Part shown: piece by piece, positions 28,066-34,841 of the stretch
Position numbering within the stretch: the stretch's first letter is position 1
Layout: every line of letters starts with the position of its first letter
Source of the DNA: a virus
Lineage: Duplodnaviria; Caudoviricetes
Reading direction: 5' to 3' (one strand)
Length of the DNA: 51,453 bases
Virus record (IMG/VR): IMGVR_UViG_3300032327_000831
Coordinates: 1-51,453 of that record
Translations under genes and position numbers: made by a program
The notes under the pieces: generated by a model
Databases searched by the model: none
Told to the model about the DNA's origin: nothing
The model's input: the letters and a program-made list of their open reading frames with translations, nothing else

Positions 28066-28128
28066 TTAGTTCTTTGCGAAGTAGTAGGCGAGGCTGATCA
28101 CCAGGACCAGTAGGACGGTGCGGCTCAT
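28066..28128 (-). CDS. 20-aa hydrophobic peptide
   Basis: MSRTVLLVLVISLAYYFAKN; ATGA overlap with upstream peptide. Confidence 0.4.
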   Translation of the reverse strand: MSRTVLLVLVISLAYYFAKN

Positions 28129-28211
28129 GCGCGCACCCAGTAGAAGGTGTCGAGCAGCAGCACGACGACGGCTGCGGTGTACACGACAGCGAAAAGGGCT
28201 TTTTCAATCAC
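28125..28211 (-). CDS. 28-aa single-helix membrane peptide
   Basis: GTGA overlap and GGAGG upstream; MIEKALFAVVYTAAVVVLLLDTFYWVRA. Confidence 0.5.
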   Translation of the reverse strand: MIEKALFAVVYTAAVVVLLLDTFYWVRA

Positions 28212-28540
28212 GCCTCTACCTCCATGCCGTATTCGCCCTGTGGCACCGTCTGGTGCGTGCTCAAGGGCCGGAAGAAGTCGTTGATGGATTGGACGTAGCC
28301 AGCGTAGTCGTAAGGCTTGCCGTTGTCGGTAGAGGTGTACACCTTGGCGTTAGCTATGTGGTATTCCCGCACGTACTCCGCCGTGCTGGAGTACGCACCG
28401 TAGCGCGGGTAATTGCGGGACACGCCGCCTTGAAGCCGCACCTTTTTGTGCTTACCGGTGAACTTAACCACCTCCCCAAGAAAACCCTCGCGGTCGTCGC
28501 GGATGGTGTAGCGGGCTTTGCCCAAAGTGATTGTTTGCAT
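28208..28540 (-). CDS. Hypothetical early protein
   Basis: GGAG SD before ATG 28540; 110 aa. Confidence 0.65.
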   Translation of the reverse strand: MQTITLGKARYTIRDDREGFLGEVVKFTGKHKKVRLQGGVSRNYPRYGAYSSTAEYVREYHIANAKVYTSTDNGKPYDYAGYVQSINDFFRPLSTHQTVPQGEYGMEVEA

Positions 28541-28554
28541 ACCAGTCTCCAATG

Positions 28555-28575
28555 AAAAAGGGGGCCGAAGCCCCC
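28555..28575 (-). terminator. Intrinsic terminator after DUF932
   Basis: Minus strand ggggc-ttcg-gcccc core followed by ttttt; the same UUCG hairpin without T tract recurs at about 29619-29632. Confidence 0.75.
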
Positions 28576-28580
28576 GGGGT

Positions 28581-29537
28581 TTAAGCAGTCAGCAGGTCCA
28601 GGGTGCGGGCCTTCAGCGCAGCGCCAGCGCCCCACTGCGAAGCAACGAACCGGTTCTGGTCGTTGTGAGCGCGGACGTGGTGGTCAGCGTATTCGGTCAC
28701 CGCGTTGAGGAAACCCCAGCGAGTACCGAAGACGCCGTCCATCATGGCGCCCATGCCGTCGCCGTTGAACAGCGACATCACCTTTTTGAAGCCAGCCGTC
28801 TCGCGGACCTTCTCACCGCCGCCGAAGACCTGAACCGCGATGTCAGCGGCGTGCTCTTCGTGCAAATCGATGTTGGCCAAGCCGGTCACCGTGGCGCGGA
28901 ACGCGTCCCAGGCAGCGGTGTTCAGCCCCATGAACTCTTTCACCGAAGCCGGGTCGAAAGTGGAGCGGTGGGTCACCTTGACCGACGCCGGGGCATCAGC
29001 CATGGCCATTTGCAAGGTGTTCTTGCAAACGGTACGCACCGTGGTGCGGCGCACCTCAGTGGCCAGCGACCCGTCAGCCGACGTGCTGATCAGGATGTAG
29101 CCGCCGATCGTGTCACGCACAGACGCCGGAGCGGCTTCGCCGATCTTGGCCGTGGCCCAGAAGCGCTTGCCGTCGTAGATCGTGCCAGCAGCGGACAACT
29201 CTAGGCCACCGGCCTTGGCGATGTCGCGGAAAAACTCGATCACGTCACCGGGCTGCACTACCTGGTAGCGATTGGACACAACCCCCAACGGCTTTTTGGT
29301 GTCGGAGCGGAACAGGACGTGCTGGTCAGGCAACTCAAGCTGACCACCGCCGAACTCGGTGTTGTAGCGCACGATACCGCGCTTGATTTTCCAGTCCATC
29401 CCGGCAGCCACCCTCCAGGCGTCCAGGCTGGTGCCGTCTTCCAGGGCTTGGCCAAGGCCGTGCCACGGTGTGCCGTCAGAGGCAAGGTAAGCAAATTCAA
29501 CGCGGCCATTGGCGTGGGTTGTCAATTCGTGAGACAT
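28581..29537 (-). CDS. DUF932 (TIGR03299-like) protein
   Basis: PWHGLG, AGMDW, RSDT..PLGVVS.RY..VQP, AGT...G.RFW, S.DGS, VRTVC.NT, H, T.WG..NAVTEY.DH; ATG 29537 after AAAGGA. Confidence 0.9.
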   Translation of the reverse strand: MSHELTTHANGRVEFAYLASDGTPWHGLGQALEDGTSLDAWRVAAGMDWKIKRGIVRYNTEFGGGQLELPDQHVLFRSDTKKPLGVVSNRYQVVQPGDVIEFFRDIAKAGGLELSAAGTIYDGKRFWATAKIGEAAPASVRDTIGGYILISTSADGSLATEVRRTTVRTVCKNTLQMAMADAPASVKVTHRSTFDPASVKEFMGLNTAAWDAFRATVTGLANIDLHEEHAADIAVQVFGGGEKVRETAGFKKVMSLFNGDGMGAMMDGVFGTRWGFLNAVTEYADHHVRAHNDQNRFVASQWGAGAALKARTLDLLTA

Positions 29538-29552
29538 AAATTTTCCTTTAAC

Positions 29553-29591
29553 AAAAAACCAGGCCGTTGTCGGTCGCCTGGATACACCGCC
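29553..29591 (-). repeat. 39-bp repeat copy C (terminator-like hairpin plus U6 before RBS)
   Basis: Minus strand ggcggtgtatccaggcgaccgacaacggcctggtttttt, identical at 30129-30167 and 31080-31118. Confidence 0.95.
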
Positions 29592-29638
29592 TAAACCCGG
29601 CACGCCAGGCTTAGGTGAGGGGCCGAAGCCCCAGGGGG

Positions 29639-29827
29639 TTACTTCAAATTCTCCAGGGTTAAGCCAGGCGTGCACTGCACGTCATATCCGAGTTTGGCGA
29701 TCAAGGCCAGCGCCTGAACCGTCAGGGTTTTGGTGCCAGCCAGATCGGCGAAGAAGTGGGCGTCGACGCACACGGGGTAGGCTTTGACTACCCCGTACAC
29801 CTCACGCAGGGTGATGGTGATTCTCAT
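29639..29827 (-). CDS. Hypothetical early protein
   Basis: VYG....YPVC..A..FA.LAGTKTLT....I..LGY pattern; 62 aa. Confidence 0.65.
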   Translation of the reverse strand: MRITITLREVYGVVKAYPVCVDAHFFADLAGTKTLTVQALALIAKLGYDVQCTPGLTLENLK

Positions 29828-29829
29828 GA

Positions 29830-30117
29830 TTACACCTGCCGAGAAGTGACCATGACCTTGGTCACGGCAGTAACTTTTTCCACAAGGCCGATTCTGTCGC
29901 CCAGGAAAATCTCCACTTTGCGTGGGTCGTAGCTGGTACGCTGCTGTTCCACGATCGTGGCCGTGTACAAGTCGCCGTTGTACTTGTCGACGCCGCCTTT
30001 TTTGAGGCGGGTCTTGATAGCGTCTGCCTGGGCAGTAAGGCGGCTGATGTCAGCGAGCAACACGCCGAGCGTGTCGATGTCGTCGGCGGTGATCGCCTGA
30101 ATGATGGTCTTAGCCAT
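29830..30117 (-). CDS. Hypothetical early protein
   Basis: GGAG SD before ATG 30117; IDTLG.LLA.I..L..QADAIK..L coiled segment. Confidence 0.65.
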   Translation of the reverse strand: MAKTIIQAITADDIDTLGVLLADISRLTAQADAIKTRLKKGGVDKYNGDLYTATIVEQQRTSYDPRKVEIFLGDRIGLVEKVTAVTKVMVTSRQV

Positions 30118-30128
30118 GATGAAACTCC

Positions 30129-30328
30129 AAAAAACCAGGCCGTTGTCGGTCGCCTGGATACACCGCCAAAAAACAGCGCGCTGCCCTTTGGTATTTCCTT
30201 CGCACTCCGCAGTCTGGGGGACTGGTTCTAAGCGGTCTGGCCGTTTGGTTCCCGTGAGGTACTTCGTATTTGGCTGGTTCCCTTTTTGTATCCCCCTGGT
30301 CCTTTGGGGCCTGGTCATCAATGACCAG
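30129..30328 (-). ncRNA. Candidate structured RNA/leader, short copy B (about 200 nt)
   Basis: Lies between a sigma70 promoter and a hairpin-U6; homologous to 31080-31448 with compensatory stem changes. Confidence 0.65.
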
Positions 30329-30334
30329 GACTCA

Positions 30335-30362
30335 AATGTAGCACAGTGACAGTCACCGTCAA
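30335..30362 (-). promoter_or_regulatory. Early sigma70 promoter B
   Basis: TTGACG-16 nt-TACATT with extended -10 TG; TGTTG-N8-CAACA box at 30368-30385. Confidence 0.75.
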
Positions 30363-30385
30363 GTAGGTGTTGTTTTTACGCAACA

Positions 30386-30619
30386 TTAGGTGCCGTAAGT
30401 GCCCCAGGCGGGCATCACCTGCATCCACTGTTTGGCTGAGTAAGCCAAGTCGTCAAACTCGGCCCGGCCTTCAAAGAAGTCAACCAGTTGTATGCGGTCT
30501 ACCTGCATGCGCATTGTTCTTGCGGCTTCGTCGGCATACCGCTTGAACATGGCTATGTTCATGTCCACTCTGTCCAAAACAATTTGTTGTTGCGCAGGTG
30601 CTGGGATTGGGAAAGTCAT
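30386..30619 (-). CDS. Hypothetical early protein
   Basis: ATGA overlap, GAGG SD; 77 aa ending AWGTYGT. Confidence 0.6.
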   Translation of the reverse strand: MTFPIPAPAQQQIVLDRVDMNIAMFKRYADEAARTMRMQVDRIQLVDFFEGRAEFDDLAYSAKQWMQVMPAWGTYGT

Positions 30620-30801
30620 ACTGCCACCTCTTCTGCTGCCAGGATCGCTTGCAAACCAGCAAGCATGGTCAGGGCTTCTGCCCTGGTGAGTACCGCGTTG
30701 GCGCTGGCACCCCTGAGTTGCAGGCTGAGCCAGACGCCGCCGTCGTCCCAAGAATCAATGCTGACGCGCACCCGGTCTTCAGTGTGAATTACTGTTTCCA
30801 T
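30616..30801 (-). CDS. Hypothetical early protein
   Basis: GGAG SD; 61 aa. Confidence 0.65.
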   Translation of the reverse strand: METVIHTEDRVRVSIDSWDDGGVWLSLQLRGASANAVLTRAEALTMLAGLQAILAAEEVAV

Positions 30802-30889
30802 CTCGATCTCCAAAAAATTCCCAGCATCCGGCTGGATCGGAGTGTTGATCACACTGCAATGCGCCCTGTCACGGCGCAGCACGCTGAGA

Positions 30890-31069
30890 TCAGACTGCCA
30901 TTTGTTCAGCAAAGATGTACTTTGCAGCGGCTTTTGCATCCTTTAGCGAATCGACGTTCCAGCCGGTGTAGCCCACACCATCGTCGTCAAAGAACAATTC
31001 GTAAACCTGAGCGGTTTGATCAAACTGGGCCCATATTTCGTAGCCGCCGCGTTTTGCAATAAGAGTCAT
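30890..31069 (-). CDS. Hypothetical first early protein
   Basis: GGAG SD directly after the 39-bp repeat; 59 aa. Confidence 0.65.
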   Translation of the reverse strand: MTLIAKRGGYEIWAQFDQTAQVYELFFDDDGVGYTGWNVDSLKDAKAAAKYIFAEQMAV

Positions 31070-31079
31070 ATCAGTCTCC

Positions 31080-31448
31080 AAAAAACCAGGCCGTTGTCGG
31101 TCGCCTGGATACACCGCCAAAAGACAGCACGCTGCCCTTTGGTGACGGTAACAGGGCGGCTAGTCCTGAACCTTGTGGAAATCTCTTCGCTCCCGTCGTT
31201 TGCTGGTCTAAAGACCACCGTTGCGCCATTGCTTCGAGCCTCGGGTTGATACCCCGGTGAGGTTGTCTACGTCGTTAGCGTTGCCTGTTTGCTATTTCCT
31301 ACCGTCTTAATCGGTTCCTTCGCACTCGGCAGCCTGGGGGGCTGGGTCTAAGCGGTCTGGCCTTTTGTTTCCCTGGTCGGTACTTCGTAATCGGCTGGTT
31401 CCCTTTTTGTATCCCGCTGGTCCTTCGCGGTGGGTCGTTAATGACCAC
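31080..31448 (-). ncRNA. Candidate structured RNA/leader, long copy A (about 370 nt)
   Basis: No plausible ORF; chain of short hairpins; promoter upstream and hairpin-U6 at the 3' end; covaries with copy B. Confidence 0.65.
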
Positions 31449-31454
31449 AACTCA

Positions 31455-31483
31455 AATGTAGTGACACTGACAGTTCCTGTCTA
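31455..31483 (-). promoter_or_regulatory. Early sigma70 promoter A
   Basis: TAGACA-17 nt-TACATT with AT-rich upstream sequence. Confidence 0.75.
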
Positions 31484-31496
31484 GTATTATTTTGTT

Positions 31497-31584
31497 TGTT
31501 GCGTAAATACAACAAAAATAATTTAGAAGTGTTGTTTTTATGCAACAACCAAGTGTTGTTTTTATGCAACATAAGGTGTTGATT
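31497..31584. promoter_or_regulatory. Three TGTTG-N8-CAACA palindromes and an IHF consensus site
   Basis: Boxes at 31497-31514, 31530-31547, 31554-31571; AATCAAcaccTTA on minus strand at 31572-31584. Confidence 0.7.
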
Positions 31585-31603
31585 TTTTCTAGTTTTTGAC
31601 CAC

Positions 31604-31632
31604 TTGACCTGAAATCTCCTTTGGCGTACACT
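31604..31632 (+). promoter_or_regulatory. Late promoter 1
   Basis: TTGACC-17 nt-TACACT. Confidence 0.75.
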
Positions 31633-31679
31633 TTTTGCGCACAGTTGCGTCTGCGATTTTGCTAATTAAGCTCACAACC

Positions 31680-31703
31680 AAGCCGCCCAAAAGGCGGCTT
31701 TTT
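31680..31703 (+). terminator. Terminator in the late leader (tR'-like)
   Basis: aagccgcc-caaaa-ggcggctt-ttt. Confidence 0.8.
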
Positions 31704-31716
31704 CATTGGGAAAATC

Positions 31717-32007
31717 ATGGAAACCATCACCATCACCGTCGGCGACGACAAGAAGATCACCGTCACGACTGGCGGCGATGAATCTGAGAACCAACAGCCT
31801 GGCAGCCCGGGCGGCGCGATGCAGGAAGGCCAGCAGCCCTATGAATGCCAAAGCGCCGACGAGTGCCTAAAGTACGTCGGCATGATCCTGAAAGAAGAGA
31901 TGGGCGAAGGCGCCCAAGAGGAAGCCACCGAAGGCCCAGAAGACTACGGTCAGATGTGGCAGCAAGAGGCGCAAAAACGCAAACCCCAACCCGGCCTGAT
32001 GGCCTAA
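31717..32007 (+). CDS. Small acidic late protein
   Basis: 96 aa, E-rich; first late ORF. Confidence 0.65.
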   Translation: METITITVGDDKKITVTTGGDESENQQPGSPGGAMQEGQQPYECQSADECLKYVGMILKEEMGEGAQEEATEGPEDYGQMWQQEAQKRKPQPGLMA

Positions 32008-32024
32008 CCCCCGGAGAACTCACC

Positions 32025-32264
32025 ATGGCAATGCAAGACTACGCAACTGAACAGAGCCGCAACACCATGCGCGCTGCTGGCAACCCAATGAAAACCGGCG
32101 CTGCTATCGGCGGTGGCGGCAACGCCACCCAGGGCGCTGGCCAGATTCCTGGCAAGGTTCCCGTGCCTATGCCCGGCACAAACACCACGCAGCCCGAATA
32201 CAAGGGCGGCATGGCCAAGACGCCGATGGGCTTTAACAGCGGCATCATCAACGGCAAAATCTAA
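32025..32264 (+). CDS. Small Gly/Pro-rich disordered late protein
   Basis: GGAG SD before ATG 32025; ends SGIINGKI. Confidence 0.65.
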   Translation: MAMQDYATEQSRNTMRAAGNPMKTGAAIGGGGNATQGAGQIPGKVPVPMPGTNTTQPEYKGGMAKTPMGFNSGIINGKI

Positions 32265-32425
32265 TGCCAAGCCGGTCGCCCGCCCAGGCCAAGATGATGG
32301 CCGCTGCTGCGCACAATCCCGCCTTCGCCAAGAAGGTGGGCGTTCCTGTGTCTGTGGCAAAGGACTTCAACAAGGCTGACAAGGGCACCGGCATTTTGCG
32401 CAAAGCGATGAAGAAGCAAAAATGA
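32264..32425 (+). CDS. Small basic protein, 53 aa (not in ORF track)
   Basis: TAATG coupling; MPSRSPAQAKMMAAAAHNPAFAKKVGVP..VAKDF...GILRKAMKKQK. Confidence 0.75.
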   Translation: MPSRSPAQAKMMAAAAHNPAFAKKVGVPVSVAKDFNKADKGTGILRKAMKKQK

Positions 32426-32589
32426 AACCAGGCCTGTACGCAAACATCGCGGCCAAACGCGAACGCATCGCCAATGGAAGCAATGAGCGTATGCGCAAGC
32501 CGGGCAGCAAGGGCGCCCCGACGGCAGCCGACTTCAAGCAGTCAGCCAAGACGGCCAAGACCGGCATCATTGGCAAGGCCATGAAATGA
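32422..32589 (+). CDS. Small basic protein, 55 aa (not in ORF track)
   Basis: ATGA coupling; MKPGLYANIAAKRERI...MRKPGSKGAPT...GIIGKAMK. Confidence 0.75.
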   Translation: MKPGLYANIAAKRERIANGSNERMRKPGSKGAPTAADFKQSAKTAKTGIIGKAMK

Positions 32590-32906
32590 AAACCCCGGCC
32601 TGGCAGCGCAAAGAAGGCAAGGCCGAGTCTGGCGGCTTGAACGCCAAAGGCCGGGCCAGCGCCAAGGCTGAGGGAATGAACCTCAAGGCGCCGGTCAAGG
32701 CGGGCGACAACCCGCGCCGCGCCAGCTTCTTGGCCCGGATGGGCAATATGCCTGGGCCTGAACGCAAGAACGGCGAGCCCACCCGTTTGCTCAAGAGCCT
32801 GCAAGCCTGGGGCGCCAGCAGCAAGGGAGACGCCAAGGCCAAAGCCAAAGCGATCAGCGCGCGCAATGATGGTGGCCTGGTCCGCAAAAACATGAGTTCA
32901 ACCTAA
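32586..32906 (+). CDS. Small basic protein, DUF6321-like
   Basis: AWQRKEGK..GGLNAKGRAS..NLKAPV..RRASF.ARM pattern. Confidence 0.7.
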   Translation: MKTPAWQRKEGKAESGGLNAKGRASAKAEGMNLKAPVKAGDNPRRASFLARMGNMPGPERKNGEPTRLLKSLQAWGASSKGDAKAKAKAISARNDGGLVRKNMSST

Positions 32907-33362
32907 ATGGCTAGACAAACCAAACCGCAGCGACTTGCCGAATTGGCCGGGGCACCGCCCAGGCTGGCCACCGCCGACGATCTGCAATCCGGTGGGGTGC
33001 CGCACGCCAGTGCTCACGCCAAGCAGCGGTCCAGCAAGAAGCCGATGGGCATCAACCTGAAGATGGTTTCTGAGGCCTTGATCGAAGAGGGCCTGGACCC
33101 GACGATCGAGATGATCAAGATTTTGAAAAAGGAGTTGCCAGTCTTGGACGCCAACGGCAAGCCGCGCGTCAACAAGGACGGCACGCCAATGATGCGTCCC
33201 GCACTGGACGACGACACCAAACTGCGCACGCTGAATGAGCTTTTGCAGTACACGCAGCCCAAGCTCAAGTCGGTGGAGATGAAGGTCTCCGGCAACCTGG
33301 AACTGACCAACGAGCAACTCGATAGCCGCCTGGTCATGTTGCTTGCGAAGGCTGCCAAATGA
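32907..33362 (+). CDS. Probable terminase small subunit
   Basis: Directly upstream of TerL; DP...M...ELLQYTQPKLKSVE. Confidence 0.55.
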   Translation: MARQTKPQRLAELAGAPPRLATADDLQSGGVPHASAHAKQRSSKKPMGINLKMVSEALIEEGLDPTIEMIKILKKELPVLDANGKPRVNKDGTPMMRPALDDDTKLRTLNELLQYTQPKLKSVEMKVSGNLELTNEQLDSRLVMLLAKAAK

Positions 33363-34840
33363 AGTTGGACGATTTGGACCTGACGAAAATCGACTTGTCG
33401 GCCCTCAGCCACGAAGAGAAGCTCCAGGTCTACGAGTTGCTGCGCATTCGCGACATTCGCGCCAAGCGGAACAAGCTGGCCGTCTACGCGCCCTACGCCA
33501 GGCAGGTCGATTTTCACGTTGCTGGAGCGTCGTTTCGCGAGCGCTTGTTCATGGCGGGCAACCAGCTTGGCAAGACCTGGGCTGGCGCCTTCGAGGTCGC
33601 CATGCACGCAACCGGCCGCTACCCCGATTGGTGGACGGGCAAACGGTTCCCTTACGCCACCCGGTCGATGGTCGGGTCCGAGTCCGCCGAACTGACGCGC
33701 AAGGGCGTGCAGCGGTTGCTACTTGGCCCGCCGGAGATGCGAGACGAGTGGGGCACCGGAGCGATACCGCACGAATGCCTGCGCGATACCAGCATGAAAC
33801 AGGGCGTGCCGGATGCCGTGTCCAGCATCGTGGTGCGCCACGCATGCGGCGAGGACTCGGTCATTCAGTTCAACAGCTACGACCAGGGCCGCACCAAGTG
33901 GCAGGCCGACACCGTGGACTTCGTCTGGTTCGATGAGGAGCCGCCGCTGTCGATTTACTCTGAGGGCCTGACCCGCACTCAGGCAACCGGTGGCCAGGTG
34001 TTCGTCACCTTCACGCCGCTGCTGGGCATGTCCGATGTGGTCAAGCGGTTCTTGATCGACAAGCCTGCCGGGTCAAGCGTCACCAAGATGACGATCCACG
34101 ACGCCGAGCACTACACGCCCCAGCAGCGAGAAGAGATCATCGCCAGCTACCCGGAGCATGAGCGCGAGGCGCGCGCCAAGGGCATTCCCATTTTGGGCAG
34201 TGGCCGCGTCTTCCCCGTTGCCGAAGACGCAATCAAGGTGCGCGCCTTCCCGATCCCACCGCACTGGCCACGGATTGTCGGCATGGACTTTGGGGTTGAC
34301 CACCCAACGGCAGCCGCCTGGCTGGCGTGGGACCGCGACAGCGACACGATTTACATCACCGACACCTACCGGCGCAGCGAGCCCGGCATCGCTGGCCACG
34401 CCATGGCCTTGCGGGCGCGCGGCGAGTGGGTGCCGGTGGCCTGGCCCCACGACGGCTTGCAGCGTGACAAAGGCGGCTCCGGAGAGCAGTTGGCCAAGCA
34501 GTACAAGGACCAGGGGCTGAACATGCTCAAGGACCGGGCTACCTTCGAGGACGGCAGCAACGGCGTCGAGGCGGGCCTGTCCGACATGCTTAGCCGGATG
34601 CAGACCATGCGCCTGCGGGTGTTTGCTCACTTGGAAGATTGGTTCGAAGAGTTTCGCCTGTACCACCGCAAGGACGGCATGGTGGTCAAGTTGACCGACG
34701 ATTTGATGTCTGCCAGCCGGTACGGGATAATGATGCGCCGGTTCGCCAAGACGCAAGAAGAGTCGGAAGCCCGGGTCCGCGCAACGCGCGCGCCTAACGT
34801 CCCCGTTTTTGGGGTGCTTGACGAAACAGCAGGATATTAA
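33359..34840 (+). CDS. terL: Terminase large subunit
   Basis: Walker A AGNQLGKT, Walker B WFDEEP, TFTP, GMDFG..HPTA, WPHDG, DDLMSA.RY. Confidence 0.95.
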   Translation: MKLDDLDLTKIDLSALSHEEKLQVYELLRIRDIRAKRNKLAVYAPYARQVDFHVAGASFRERLFMAGNQLGKTWAGAFEVAMHATGRYPDWWTGKRFPYATRSMVGSESAELTRKGVQRLLLGPPEMRDEWGTGAIPHECLRDTSMKQGVPDAVSSIVVRHACGEDSVIQFNSYDQGRTKWQADTVDFVWFDEEPPLSIYSEGLTRTQATGGQVFVTFTPLLGMSDVVKRFLIDKPAGSSVTKMTIHDAEHYTPQQREEIIASYPEHEREARAKGIPILGSGRVFPVAEDAIKVRAFPIPPHWPRIVGMDFGVDHPTAAAWLAWDRDSDTIYITDTYRRSEPGIAGHAMALRARGEWVPVAWPHDGLQRDKGGSGEQLAKQYKDQGLNMLKDRATFEDGSNGVEAGLSDMLSRMQTMRLRVFAHLEDWFEEFRLYHRKDGMVVKLTDDLMSASRYGIMMRRFAKTQEESEARVRATRAPNVPVFGVLDETAGY

Positions 34841-34841
34841 T

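Noticed and set aside
29830-30321. N-terminal extensions of track ORFs 29830..30321 and 28581..29675
   Set aside because: They run through the repeated RNA elements; good SD-ATG starts exist at 30117 and 29537; the paralogous copy A has no equivalent frame.
29553-31118. 39-bp repeats as a CRISPR array, with DUF2800 as Cas4
   Set aside because: Spacing is 576 and 951 bp and contains genes; no cas operon; DUF2800 is in its usual pol-SSB context.
31080-31448. Long RNA as tmRNA, RNase P RNA or tRNA
   Set aside because: Size fits, but there is no tRNA-like acceptor/T arm with CCA end and no GAGGAAAGUCC core.
31497-31571. Palindromes as LexA SOS boxes
   Set aside because: The beta/gammaproteobacterial box is CTGT-N8-ACAG; these are TGTTG-N8-CAACA.
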